From a virus (lineage: Duplodnaviria; Caudoviricetes), in IMG/VR virus record IMGVR_UViG_638275558_000001, positions 65,909-129,908 of that record: 64,000 bases of DNA; one strand, written 5' to 3'. The notes beneath the pieces are model-generated. The model worked only from the letters and a program-made list of their open reading frames with translations, had not been told where the DNA came from and made no database searches. This document shows positions 10,764-19,780 of this stretch, piece after piece. The stretch's first letter is position 1. The number at the start of each line of letters is the position of its first letter. The position numbers and the translations under genes were made by a program.

Positions 10764-11070
10764 AATTTATCGATATAAGTTCGTTTCCCTTTTTAACCAG
10801 AATAGTACTGATGGGTACATTTCCGTTCATGAATTCACCAAGCATATCGATAATAAAATCTACTTCTTCCCTCACTTCCAGCATAAGTGTGGGGGGTATT
10901 TCAAGATAGACAATACCATCTTGATAGGAACCTTTTACATATTCACGGTTTTTATACCAATTGATATATCGGCTCATAGAATGTTGAATTTTCCAATCGT
11001 CTTTTTTAAAGGAAAACATTCCTTCATATTTGTTGAAGGGATCGTAAACGAAACCGACGTAGTCTTTCAT
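10753..11070 (-). CDS. Hypothetical protein (late-motif promoter)
   Basis: 105 aa; preceded by TTATTTAAAGAAAAAC-ATG. Confidence 0.7.
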   Translation of the reverse strand: MKDYVGFVYDPFNKYEGMFSFKKDDWKIQHSMSRYINWYKNREYVKGSYQDGIVYLEIPPTLMLEVREEVDFIIDMLGEFMNGNVPISTILVKKGNELISINYEY

Positions 11071-11134
11071 GTTTTTCTTTAAATAAACAGGCGGTTGTGT
11101 TTTTATTCAGAAAAAACTTATTTAAAGAAAAAAG
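11071..11134. promoter_or_regulatory. Divergent pair of putative late promoters (TTATTTAAAGAAAAA)
   Basis: The same 15-mer sits on each strand immediately before the ATGs at 11070(-) and 11135(+). Confidence 0.75.
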
Positions 11135-11503
11135 ATGTATACCGAACTGTTCAAGAAAAGCAACCCGCACAACTCATATTACTATCATTACGTGCATTTT
11201 GACAGTAATTCAAACACACATTCAATCGATGTTCCCGGCGGAAATGCGCTCAAAAACATTCTTATTGTGGGTAACGCTTCTACCCCTTATTTTGTCTCTT
11301 TTAAAATCTATACATCGCATAGCGGGTTTGTGCCGGTTCCAGTATCCTACGATTACGAAGCGCTTGGAAACAATGCGCTGATTACCCCTAATATCTCTTC
11401 ATTTGCAGTTTTTTCCTCTATTCAAACCTCATCGCTTCGCATTAGCATTACCAATATCACCCCGTTTAGCGGAAGTGTTTACATACTGTTTAAAGTCGAG
11501 TAA
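11135..11503 (+). CDS. Hypothetical beta-sandwich protein
   Basis: 122 aa; late motif upstream. Confidence 0.7.
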   Translation: MYTELFKKSNPHNSYYYHYVHFDSNSNTHSIDVPGGNALKNILIVGNASTPYFVSFKIYTSHSGFVPVPVSYDYEALGNNALITPNISSFAVFSSIQTSSLRISITNITPFSGSVYILFKVE

Positions 11504-11506
11504 CGT

Positions 11507-12595
11507 ATGTTTTACGAACCTTCTGTAAGCTTTTTTGCAGTATATCCTCAGTACAGCACCAGCGCGGCTTTTCTCACAGAATTCAATAAATCATCGGCGT
11601 GGGTGCTCCACAAACTGGGCTACCCGGTGGTATCGGTGGAATTGACGAAAGATCAGCTTATGTTTCTCTTTCACGAAGCATGGCAAGAATACTCTCAGTA
11701 TATTTCAGAATTTCTGATTCAGGAAAACTATGATAACGTTTTAATAAAAAACATTTTCCAGACGGAAGGGGAAATCTTTGAGAAGTTTCCCAAACCTAAC
11801 AGTTCGCTTATCATCGAGCTTTCTGATCGCTATGGAATGTACGACATGAACACCGAATATGTAATCATTCCACTTACCGCTTCTCAATCGGTTTATGACT
11901 TGAAGAATTACATTACCGCATCCGGAAAAATTCACGTTCAGCAGGTGCTTGTCAATAGACCGCGCGTTGGTCTTGGTTCTACGCTGTACGGTAATGCTTT
12001 TGTCTTCAACAACTATTCTCCCTTCACCGTAGGATACGGCGCGGGCTGGAATATCGGTCAGGTGCTCACGCCGCTTTCCTATCTTGCCACCACCATGCAG
12101 GCTACCGATCTTGCCTACAATATGTATCGCAAGCTCCACTTCTTTGAAATTGTCTCTGGAAGTATGATTCGCATTTCTCCTGTTCCCGATTCCAACGACT
12201 CCCGGCTTACAATCAGATACAAACTGGAACGGGAAGAAGGTGATCTTATTGAAATGTACAATTCAATATTTTATACGAAAACAGGTCTCCTCGATCTGGA
12301 AAAACTAAATGAAAACTCCCTTATTGTGCTTCGGCATATCTTCCTCATGAAGGTGATCGATACGCTTATTTTCATCCGCAAGAAGTACGACAACTACGCA
12401 CTTCCCAATGCGGAACTTACGCTGAACGTCGACAACCTGAAGGAACTCAGGGAATCCACCAAGGAAAAGATCGACAAATACAAAGAGTGGCTTGACAACA
12501 TGAAACTTCACGCAAGGCTTCAGCGGAAAGGAGAAGAAGCAGAAGCGCTGGAGCGGGAACTCCAGCGCTATCCTATGGGGTTCCTATTTATGTAA
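11507..12595 (+). CDS. Neck protein, T4 gp13-like
   Basis: LGYPVVSVELTKDQL resembles the gp13 N-terminal LGxPxIxVExxxxQ motif; C-terminal LPNAELTLN and P-x-G-F end. Confidence 0.8.
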   Translation: MFYEPSVSFFAVYPQYSTSAAFLTEFNKSSAWVLHKLGYPVVSVELTKDQLMFLFHEAWQEYSQYISEFLIQENYDNVLIKNIFQTEGEIFEKFPKPNSSLIIELSDRYGMYDMNTEYVIIPLTASQSVYDLKNYITASGKIHVQQVLVNRPRVGLGSTLYGNAFVFNNYSPFTVGYGAGWNIGQVLTPLSYLATTMQATDLAYNMYRKLHFFEIVSGSMIRISPVPDSNDSRLTIRYKLEREEGDLIEMYNSIFYTKTGLLDLEKLNENSLIVLRHIFLMKVIDTLIFIRKKYDNYALPNAELTLNVDNLKELRESTKEKIDKYKEWLDNMKLHARLQRKGEEAEALERELQRYPMGFLFM

Positions 12596-12599
12596 TCTC

Positions 12600-12755
12600 T
12601 CACCTGCAATCACTCAGCGTGCAGGCGCCCATGGGGTGATCTCCTCTACCGGGCTTTTTGAACGGCGGTGGAATCTTATGTCCCGGTTTGTGGTGTGCAG
12701 TAACTTCCTCAACCTTTCCATAGGTTGTGAGCATGGGGGTAATCCACCTTTTCAT
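12600..12755 (-). CDS. 51-aa peptide with lasso-RiPP-like leader (not in ORF track)
   Basis: Manual translation MKRWITPMLTTYGKVEEVTAHHKPGHKIPPPFKKPGRGDHPMGACTLSDCR; GGAGA RBS and gccATG start context; stop 4 nt from the convergent gp13 stop. Confidence 0.75.
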   Translation of the reverse strand: MKRWITPMLTTYGKVEEVTAHHKPGHKIPPPFKKPGRGDHPMGACTLSDCR

Positions 12756-12887
12756 GGCTTCTCCGATTTTTTATTGTTGGTTCTTATAGATAAATAACCC
12801 TGTGGCACGCATCGTAAGTGAAAAACCACCCCAACAGCCACCACCGGTTCACATAACGGAAAAATTCTTTGCCTTTTTTAAACTCTT

Positions 12888-13160
12888 TCATGATTGTTCT
12901 TCTTTTGGAAGATTCAGCTTAATGGTGATATAATCCGAGTCGGGGAATTCTTTTCTTAAATCCTCCAGCGACTCATACACAAAAATCATCCCGACGGCAC
13001 CGGTGTTAGCTATCTTAGAAAGTGGATAGACGACTTTCTGAACGCCGTTATTGATGACAACCTGCAGGTCATCCAGAAAGTTAAGCTGCATCGCGACGTA
13101 ATACACGCGCTCTTCGTTATTGTTGTCGTTCATGGCACACAGGGTTTTAAGGTTACGCAT
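12888..13160 (-). CDS. Hypothetical protein
   Basis: 90 aa at the end of the polymerase gene run. Confidence 0.6.
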   Translation of the reverse strand: MRNLKTLCAMNDNNNEERVYYVAMQLNFLDDLQVVINNGVQKVVYPLSKIANTGAVGMIFVYESLEDLRKEFPDSDYITIKLNLPKEEQS

Positions 13161-13689
13161 GGTAGTCTATTTTTACAATGTAGGTTTTGTCGTTATATTC
13201 TATCATGTGATAATGCGCCTGATAAATATGGGTTCCTTCCAGAAATAGGGGCTCGTTACCTTCAAGGTAGACGAACACCATATCTTCGTCTCCACCCCCC
13301 TGAGAAAGGCGGATAAAGGGAGTGTGCTGACTCTGGTGAGTAATACCGATAACAACATCGGGGTTTTTCTCGATAAAATCGAGAATTTCCCGCTCCTGTT
13401 CAGTGGGTTCAAAATGCTTCCATTGATACACCCGGTAGGGGCGATTCGAAGCGATGTAATAGGGAAGAGAAGCTACATGTCGGTTATAAATATCCAGAAC
13501 AATCTCTTCAATATCAGTATTTTCTTTATTTTTAATTTCTTCCTCGAGTAGCATGTTAAGATCAAGTATCATGTGAGCCAGCGTGCTGACTTCTGCTTCA
13601 TGCATTTTAATACCTTTCTTTTCAAGGATACGAACAATGCCTTCAGTGTCGAATTTGAGAATCATGGCGCTAATGGGTTTAGTTTTCAC
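13153..13689 (-). CDS. Hypothetical protein
   Basis: 178 aa; overlaps the polB stop. Confidence 0.6.
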   Translation of the reverse strand: MKTKPISAMILKFDTEGIVRILEKKGIKMHEAEVSTLAHMILDLNMLLEEEIKNKENTDIEEIVLDIYNRHVASLPYYIASNRPYRVYQWKHFEPTEQEREILDFIEKNPDVVIGITHQSQHTPFIRLSQGGGDEDMVFVYLEGNEPLFLEGTHIYQAHYHMIEYNDKTYIVKIDYHA

Positions 13690-15247
13690 TCTCTACAAGA
13701 AAACGAATAAGATCCTCAACGGTTTTTATCTTTGTAGTATTTTCAACATACCCGAGACTTTTCAGCAGATCAATTGTTTTCTCTGAAATGATCTGACAGT
13801 ATTTGTCTCTATCTATGTATTTTTTAACGATTTCAAGACCCTCCTCATCATCCTCACGTATGCTAAGTGCGTGGATATTGCGGAGCCTGTTGATATGCGT
13901 TTTCTTTCCCGCTTTCAGAATATCCCACACGCCGCTCCCATGTTCGGGGTTAACTTCTTCCAGAGAAAGCGGGAGATTGGTTCTGGAAGGATCCAGCATG
14001 GTGCAGTAGAACCAGTAGATCTTGTCTCCCATTTGCGGGGGTTTGCATCCTATAATGGAAGCGAAAAGCGCTCCCTTATAATGAATGGGAAGTGTATGGT
14101 CATACATTTTTATGAATATCTCAGAGATTGGGACATTCTCCTTTTTCATCTTCATAACTTCCTCTACATACTCCACATATCTTTCGGCGCTGTCAGACGA
14201 AGATATTTTCATTTTGTGATAGAGATCTTCAATAGACCAGAAATTCTTTTGAGACACAAAGTTATTGTAGAACGCTATGGTGGCGGAAATGACATCGATG
14301 TCGGGTTGGCTGATATACTTCAGGTAACCCCTGAAATACTTCTTGACAATTTCAGGCACCGAAGAGTTGATCACTTCGATTCCCTTCATCTCTTCTTTAC
14401 CGTCTACAGTAACCGCAAAGTAGCGGTTGATTTCTTTGATAAGAATGGATTTGAACACGAACTCCTGCTTTAACTCCAGCTTGAAATCTTCTCTTGCATT
14501 AAAGTTATTTTCCATATAGTCATTGATAAAAGAGTTGAGATGTTCTTGAAGCTCACCGGCTTCCGCCACCGGATCATCCGTAAAAGCTTTGACGAAAATG
14601 GAGTCGGTATGCGAATAAATGAAGCGATCGCGAATCTGAGAAATCACGGAGCGAATAGACATGCGCCCGGCGGCGGTTACACTTTCCGCAATGGGAAGGC
14701 ACCCCATGTACACCGAACGGTTTCCGAAGATACCGTACATGGAGTTCATCATAATTTTAAGTGCCCATTGACGGAAATGGTGTTCCATGTTGCCAGTTTC
14801 TTTGAAAAGCTTACGTTCTTCCTTACGTCGGGTGAAAATCTCCCGAATGATAGAAGGAAGCACGCCAACCGGCTCTTTCCTGTAAAACCAGCAGATACCC
14901 GACGGGTTGGGCACCATAATGATATTTCGACTTTTTAAAAATTGCCGGAGTTCCTCAAAGCTGTTGATGACAAAGAGGGGTTCACTCCGGTAAGAAGGGT
15001 TCATCCCTGAATCGAAGATGTAGAGGGGAAACCCGAATTCCGGTTCTTCCTGATCTACCGGAATCACTTTGTTCTCCACCCGCATACACCCGTAAAACTC
15101 CGTTACGAACGTAGCGGGATCGATATTGAATTTGCTGATTACAGAGGGGTACAGCGATGTAAAATCAAGATCGAATACGTTGAAGTAAATATCGGGGTTG
15201 GTAAGTTCAATGTAAGCACCGCGATAACGATACTTGTTGATGTTCAT
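13679..15247 (-). CDS. Family B DNA polymerase, polymerase domain only (no 3'-5' exonuclease)
   Basis: Motifs DFTSLYPS, KIMMNSMYG, YSHTDS and KGIE; motif A lies near residue 29, leaving no room for an exonuclease domain. Confidence 0.95.
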   Translation of the reverse strand: MNINKYRYRGAYIELTNPDIYFNVFDLDFTSLYPSVISKFNIDPATFVTEFYGCMRVENKVIPVDQEEPEFGFPLYIFDSGMNPSYRSEPLFVINSFEELRQFLKSRNIIMVPNPSGICWFYRKEPVGVLPSIIREIFTRRKEERKLFKETGNMEHHFRQWALKIMMNSMYGIFGNRSVYMGCLPIAESVTAAGRMSIRSVISQIRDRFIYSHTDSIFVKAFTDDPVAEAGELQEHLNSFINDYMENNFNAREDFKLELKQEFVFKSILIKEINRYFAVTVDGKEEMKGIEVINSSVPEIVKKYFRGYLKYISQPDIDVISATIAFYNNFVSQKNFWSIEDLYHKMKISSSDSAERYVEYVEEVMKMKKENVPISEIFIKMYDHTLPIHYKGALFASIIGCKPPQMGDKIYWFYCTMLDPSRTNLPLSLEEVNPEHGSGVWDILKAGKKTHINRLRNIHALSIREDDEEGLEIVKKYIDRDKYCQIISEKTIDLLKSLGYVENTTKIKTVEDLIRFLVESEN

Positions 15248-15264
15248 AGCAGAATACGTTTGTT

Positions 15265-15819
15265 TTACATTGCGGGATCAAAATGGGTATCTTTCACCTC
15301 GATAAGGTAGGTGTCTTTTAAATCACATTTGTATAATACGCCATCGAGTGGAGAAAGATCAATAATTCTCAAAACTTCATCCGTATAGAATTTTCGCTCG
15401 ATAAGATTATGCGTTTCCAGACGTTTGCAGTACTCGAAGATAGCGTCTCCAACAACATAGCTTTCCAGGTGCCAGCAGGCAAGCCCATCATAATGATAAA
15501 GCCCCCACCAACCATTTGCTCTTTCCCTGACCACTGCAGGGATAACCCCCAGATCTTCAAGAAATGCTTCAAGTTTATTTTCATCCATATAAAGCAAATC
15601 GCGTCGCATTATGTTTTTTCCCCGCTCCTCAAGAAACGCATCAACATACATCCACCCGGTTTCATCCCGGATAAGCTTGCGAAGTGAAGGGTATGCCTCA
15701 ACCGATGTAAACCCGGTCTTCAAATCGGTAATAATATCCCGCGAAAACCGCATAACGAAATAATAAGGGGTTTCGTAGTCGATAAGTTTTTCAATAATTT
15801 TAATGATTTCGTACTTCAT
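15265..15819 (-). CDS. Hypothetical protein
   Basis: 184 aa. Confidence 0.65.
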   Translation of the reverse strand: MKYEIIKIIEKLIDYETPYYFVMRFSRDIITDLKTGFTSVEAYPSLRKLIRDETGWMYVDAFLEERGKNIMRRDLLYMDENKLEAFLEDLGVIPAVVRERANGWWGLYHYDGLACWHLESYVVGDAIFEYCKRLETHNLIERKFYTDEVLRIIDLSPLDGVLYKCDLKDTYLIEVKDTHFDPAM

Positions 15820-15849
15820 GGCTAAAACGCTACTTCATGGCTAATACGC
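15812..15849. repeat. 19-bp tandem duplication spanning a start codon
   Basis: tacttcatggctaaaacgc followed by tacttcatggctaatacgc. Confidence 0.9.
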
Positions 15850-16344
15850 TACGGTTAGTTTAAGTGTCGGGTAAACCTTTCCATTAACTAATGCCACGCC
15901 CACCCCCCCGTAAATGGATCCGAAAAATCTCTTCTGGAAAGAAAAGTCGTAATAATTGAGCCCTACGGAAGCGCTGATAAGGTTGTGCGTTTTTCTAACC
16001 TTCAGCGCAAAATCTTCCTGCATGAAACGTCCGGTTTCCGGGTTGAAAAACGTTACGCGGAGCGTGTTGCCCTTCCACGTGGCATATCTTTCCGGAAGAA
16101 GCCCGTAGAGTTTCATGTCCACCGGCTTCGGACACTCCACCGTGTCAATCTTCCCCACGGGCGTCTCCCGGTAAATGATCTGTTTGACCGGCTGGGCAAA
16201 CTTCCCTTCAACCTTCAATTCTGAAGGAAAAACTCTGTCCGAAAGTTCCACTCTGACTTCCGGTCTGTAAACGGTGCGGTTGACGTAAAGATGTATGTTA
16301 ACCGCGATCAGGATCAAAAGGAGTGCTTCTTTCCAGTACTTCAT
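15841..16344 (-). CDS. Membrane-anchored protein (possible spanin-like/lysis accessory)
   Basis: N-terminal hydrophobic helix; C-terminal amphipathic beta strands. Confidence 0.5.
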   Translation of the reverse strand: MKYWKEALLLILIAVNIHLYVNRTVYRPEVRVELSDRVFPSELKVEGKFAQPVKQIIYRETPVGKIDTVECPKPVDMKLYGLLPERYATWKGNTLRVTFFNPETGRFMQEDFALKVRKTHNLISASVGLNYYDFSFQKRFFGSIYGGVGVALVNGKVYPTLKLTVAY

Positions 16345-16670
16345 AAGTCTTCCTCTTCTTGGAATTTGTCTTCTTCGTCTCTGATCATAGCGTATAGAAT
16401 GATCAGATAGTTAATTGCGTCAATGATTCTACCTTCGACAGCATCCCGCTGGTTTTTAACCCCTCTGATCCAGCGTGCCACCCCTCTTAAATGTTTATCC
16501 AGAAATACATACAGCACTTCTTCCCTTGAAATACCCAATCGCTTTGCAGTTTCTTCAAAATTCTGAAATACATTGTCGGTTTCGGCATACTCCTGTTGGG
16601 CTTGGAGTCGGACACGATTTACTTCTCCAATAAGCTCTTTTACAATGCGTTCGAATTTTGTGGTATTCAT
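16341..16670 (-). CDS. All-alpha nucleotide-modification-associated (DUF1599/Nmad1-like) protein
   Basis: QEYA...FQNFE...DKH...EGRIIDAINY pattern. Confidence 0.6.
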   Translation of the reverse strand: MNTTKFERIVKELIGEVNRVRLQAQQEYAETDNVFQNFEETAKRLGISREEVLYVFLDKHLRGVARWIRGVKNQRDAVEGRIIDAINYLIILYAMIRDEEDKFQEEEDL

Positions 16671-16718
16671 GGATTTCCTCCATTAAGTTTCTGGTATTTA
16701 TCTTATTTAAAGAAAAAG

Positions 16719-16988
16719 ATGAATACTCCCCGCAAAATATTTCTTAATCCACCCACCTCAAGATCCCTACAGGATATTGAATACCTTTACCTCACCAACA
16801 AACACATCATTACCGGCGCGATAAATAAAGCCGGTATGAGCATTGATGAAGCTTGTGAATGTGTTGTGGGGGGGATCGTGCTCGAATATAAAGAAACACA
16901 CGGCATCAATATTTTTGATAATCTGACTATGGCGGTGGAGTATTTCATTAACAGGTACAAAGAGGATTTAAAAACCGGGCGCATTTAA
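16719..16988 (+). CDS. Hypothetical protein (start revised to ATG 16719)
   Basis: TTATTTAAAGAAAAAG-ATG late motif directly precedes MNTPRK. Confidence 0.7.
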   Translation: MNTPRKIFLNPPTSRSLQDIEYLYLTNKHIITGAINKAGMSIDEACECVVGGIVLEYKETHGINIFDNLTMAVEYFINRYKEDLKTGRI

Positions 16989-17530
16989 CTCATCATCTTT
17001 TCGTTGATAAATTGAATGAGTTCCTGTACGGAAGGATAAAACTGTTCCTCGAAAATCTGGTGGTTTGTCTTTATCAATTCTTCAAGTTTATCCACATCCG
17101 CCCCGATCTTTTCAAAAAAGGTACGGGCTTCGGAAAACAGTTCCCCTCTGGTTTCACATTCGGTATAAACCAGAAGAGGAACCATAACCCGGTAGAAAAA
17201 TTCTTCCGGTGCTTCCCTATCAACATACTCTTCAATAAGTTTCTCTGTAATAGGAACCCCGCACGCCTCAAACACGTCATCCTGCACGGCGAAGTGAATG
17301 ACGCCGTTATACAAAAGGTGCCGCAACCGCACCTTCCACATCAGGGAAGGGTCGGTTACGAACTCATACACCATTTGGAGAGCATTCTCGAGAGGAACCT
17401 CCTTTAACGGAAGCTCCTCAATTTCTTCTTCGATCGGGTAGAAGACGTTCTCTTCTTTGGAGAACTTACGCTCCGGGGTAATTATAATCCAGAGCGCTTC
17501 TTTGACCTGAGCAGCGTTCAAGTTGCCCAT
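16985..17530 (-). CDS. Hypothetical acidic protein
   Basis: 181 aa; AGGAGG RBS upstream. Confidence 0.7.
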   Translation of the reverse strand: MGNLNAAQVKEALWIIITPERKFSKEENVFYPIEEEIEELPLKEVPLENALQMVYEFVTDPSLMWKVRLRHLLYNGVIHFAVQDDVFEACGVPITEKLIEEYVDREAPEEFFYRVMVPLLVYTECETRGELFSEARTFFEKIGADVDKLEELIKTNHQIFEEQFYPSVQELIQFINEKMMS

Positions 17531-17554
17531 GTTGTACCTCCTTGTTTTTGTTAG

Positions 17555-19138
17555 TTACAGATTAAACAATTTGCTGGTTTTCTCGAACTCCTCGAACCAC
17601 TGTTTCCGGAGTTCATCCGAACCCCTGTATTTCAGGGGCTTGCTATCTTCTTTAACTTTCGATTCCGGTTCAGGTTGCTCCTGGGTTTCGAGTTTCAGGG
17701 GAATTTCAACTTTCCCTTTGAGTTCTTTGAGCTTGTTCTCAATACCCGGCGGAACAATCCGATTTTTGAAGACCAGTTCCACCGCTTTGTTAATCACTTC
17801 ATCAGCGGCTTTACGGGTGCGCTGATAAATGGCATCCTGCTGAGCCTCTTTGAGTAAATACAAAGCGCGGCGTTTTAGATAATCCTCGCTGGCGCATCTC
17901 TGCATGGTGAACTCCAGCGAACGTCGGTTGTGGATTTCGCTGTTAGCCATAAGGCTCTCCCACCACATATACTCTTTTTCAGAATTGAGGATATAAGCCC
18001 CCTTGAATCTGACATAGGTATCCTCATCAAGCTTGAACCAGTATGCATCATAGAAACTGTACCCCCGCAAGGAATCGTCAATAACGTACCCCGCAAGGGG
18101 TTCGACAAAAACAAGCTCCAGATCGGCTACTGATAGTACATCGATCATATAGTCGCATCCTTTGTTCATAGCGTCTTTGAATTTTTCTCTAATCATGGCT
18201 TTTTCCTCCTTTGGTTTATCGTTAAACCCACCAACGTCAAAAAGAGGGAGTTTGTTTTTCGGATGGAGACAGAATTCGGAGTTTTTGGGCATACCCCGCT
18301 TCCAGTGTTCCACCCAGCTATGACATACTTCCTCAAACATATCGGGGTATGTCTCTCTGAACTTGGGAATTACGTATCGATAGAATTCGATATCGTATTT
18401 GAATAGCGCATTTCTTATAACCGTAGGATCTTTTTCCATTGTGCTCTGTACGCGGAGATTTCTATGAAAATCAAGACTCTGGTACAGGAAGAAAAACGTT
18501 GCGTTCACAACAAAAAGATATGCTGTAAACTCGATCCAACTAAATGCTCTATATTCGGTTGCAACAGGGTAAAATTTGTAAAGCCAGTAGCCCACGAAAC
18601 CAAACGCCACAACCTTCAAAGGTTCGTGTACCTTGTTCACAACACGCGGGCTGTAAAGCTTAAAACCCGAAAGCACGTTGTACGTGCCGGTAACGAACCA
18701 CCTCCCAATCCAACACAAACCGATAGAACCCGATACAAGAATGGTGATCATTGTCTGGCTCATGTGGGCGACGGCTTCGTGGTGCCCGAGCATAAACGGG
18801 AAACCAATAAACCGCCCGAATATTAGCAAGACCGGGAATGACAGAAGGTCCCCGGTTATAATGCAGACGGCGGCAATGAATGCAATCCACGCAATACCGG
18901 CGGCAAACGTAAACGACAGATAAAGGGCGTCGTTAAACGCTTCCGCCTCCTTGCGCCACAGCTTCAAATTATCTCCATAATAAAACCCCAGAACCGGAAC
19001 CGCTACAAGATAGCGATCCAGCCCCTCCACCACTTCCTTCTTGCTCAACTCAAGTTCGCCCTTACCCCACTTGAGGAGCTTATCTCGATAAAGCTTGAAA
19101 GCTGTAAGGGCGTACTTTCTTGTTACTCCGGCGTACAT
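17555..19138 (-). CDS. Multi-pass membrane protein, early-promoter driven (start revised)
   Basis: Several hydrophobic segments in the N-terminal half; the track's start lies within the promoter-proximal leader motif, and gccATG at 19138 fits better. Confidence 0.7.
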   Translation of the reverse strand: MYAGVTRKYALTAFKLYRDKLLKWGKGELELSKKEVVEGLDRYLVAVPVLGFYYGDNLKLWRKEAEAFNDALYLSFTFAAGIAWIAFIAAVCIITGDLLSFPVLLIFGRFIGFPFMLGHHEAVAHMSQTMITILVSGSIGLCWIGRWFVTGTYNVLSGFKLYSPRVVNKVHEPLKVVAFGFVGYWLYKFYPVATEYRAFSWIEFTAYLFVVNATFFFLYQSLDFHRNLRVQSTMEKDPTVIRNALFKYDIEFYRYVIPKFRETYPDMFEEVCHSWVEHWKRGMPKNSEFCLHPKNKLPLFDVGGFNDKPKEEKAMIREKFKDAMNKGCDYMIDVLSVADLELVFVEPLAGYVIDDSLRGYSFYDAYWFKLDEDTYVRFKGAYILNSEKEYMWWESLMANSEIHNRRSLEFTMQRCASEDYLKRRALYLLKEAQQDAIYQRTRKAADEVINKAVELVFKNRIVPPGIENKLKELKGKVEIPLKLETQEQPEPESKVKEDSKPLKYRGSDELRKQWFEEFEKTSKLFNL

Positions 19139-19171
19139 GGCTTTCCGGGTTTGAGTTATCAATCTGCTTAT

Positions 19172-19200
19172 AACATACGCCGGAAATCCAGAAAAGTCAA
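19172..19200 (-). promoter_or_regulatory. Sigma70-like early promoter
   Basis: TTGACT-17nt-TATGTT followed by ATAAGCAGATTGA. Confidence 0.8.
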
Positions 19201-19205
19201 GGGGA

Positions 19206-19778
19206 TTACGTTAATTTTTTACGAAGAAGAAGACGTGCTACGTCGTCAAAGTAAATGGCGGTTTTAGTGGCGTTGAGACGCTTGACTTTGAGCGGTTTAT
19301 AAAGTCTGTTCTTGATAAAAAACGAAGCTCTGATAATTTTCCAGACGTTTACGTAAAAACTACTATTCTTTTCGTAAAAAATGCAGAGGGCGATAAAATC
19401 GTCAGATTGGGGGTTATAGACAAGCCGGTCATTTTTCTGAAACACCCAAGACCTCTCTATTCTGGTGTATCTATATCTGGGTACATCCTCACAGGTTTTA
19501 ACATGTATATATCTACCCTCGCATATCAGATCAGCCGCATAGGATTTGTCTGAAGTGATAGTCAGATCGGGTGGGGTGCATTCATAACCAAGGTTGGTGA
19601 GATATTCATAAACGGCGAATTCTCCTATTTTACCAACAAAATAATTCCATTTTATTCTTTCGGGGTTGTGCTGGTGGCGCTTTTTGTATTGCTCAAGCAC
19701 AATCCCGTCGTTTATCTGATTCTTAGCATATTCCATGCAGATGGGCACATACTGATCTACTTTTATCATCTTACCCAC
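19206..19778 (-). CDS. PD-(D/E)xK nuclease-like protein
   Basis: GKIGEFAV...ADL...IHVKT restriction-endonuclease-like pattern. Confidence 0.55.
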   Translation of the reverse strand: MGKMIKVDQYVPICMEYAKNQINDGIVLEQYKKRHQHNPERIKWNYFVGKIGEFAVYEYLTNLGYECTPPDLTITSDKSYAADLICEGRYIHVKTCEDVPRYRYTRIERSWVFQKNDRLVYNPQSDDFIALCIFYEKNSSFYVNVWKIIRASFFIKNRLYKPLKVKRLNATKTAIYFDDVARLLLRKKLT

Positions 19779-19780
19779 CC

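Noticed and set aside
13679-15247. Intein or intron in the polymerase, or the upstream ORF as the missing exonuclease
   Set aside because: Motif spacing is compact with no splice motifs, and the 184-aa upstream ORF lacks recognisable ExoI-III motifs.
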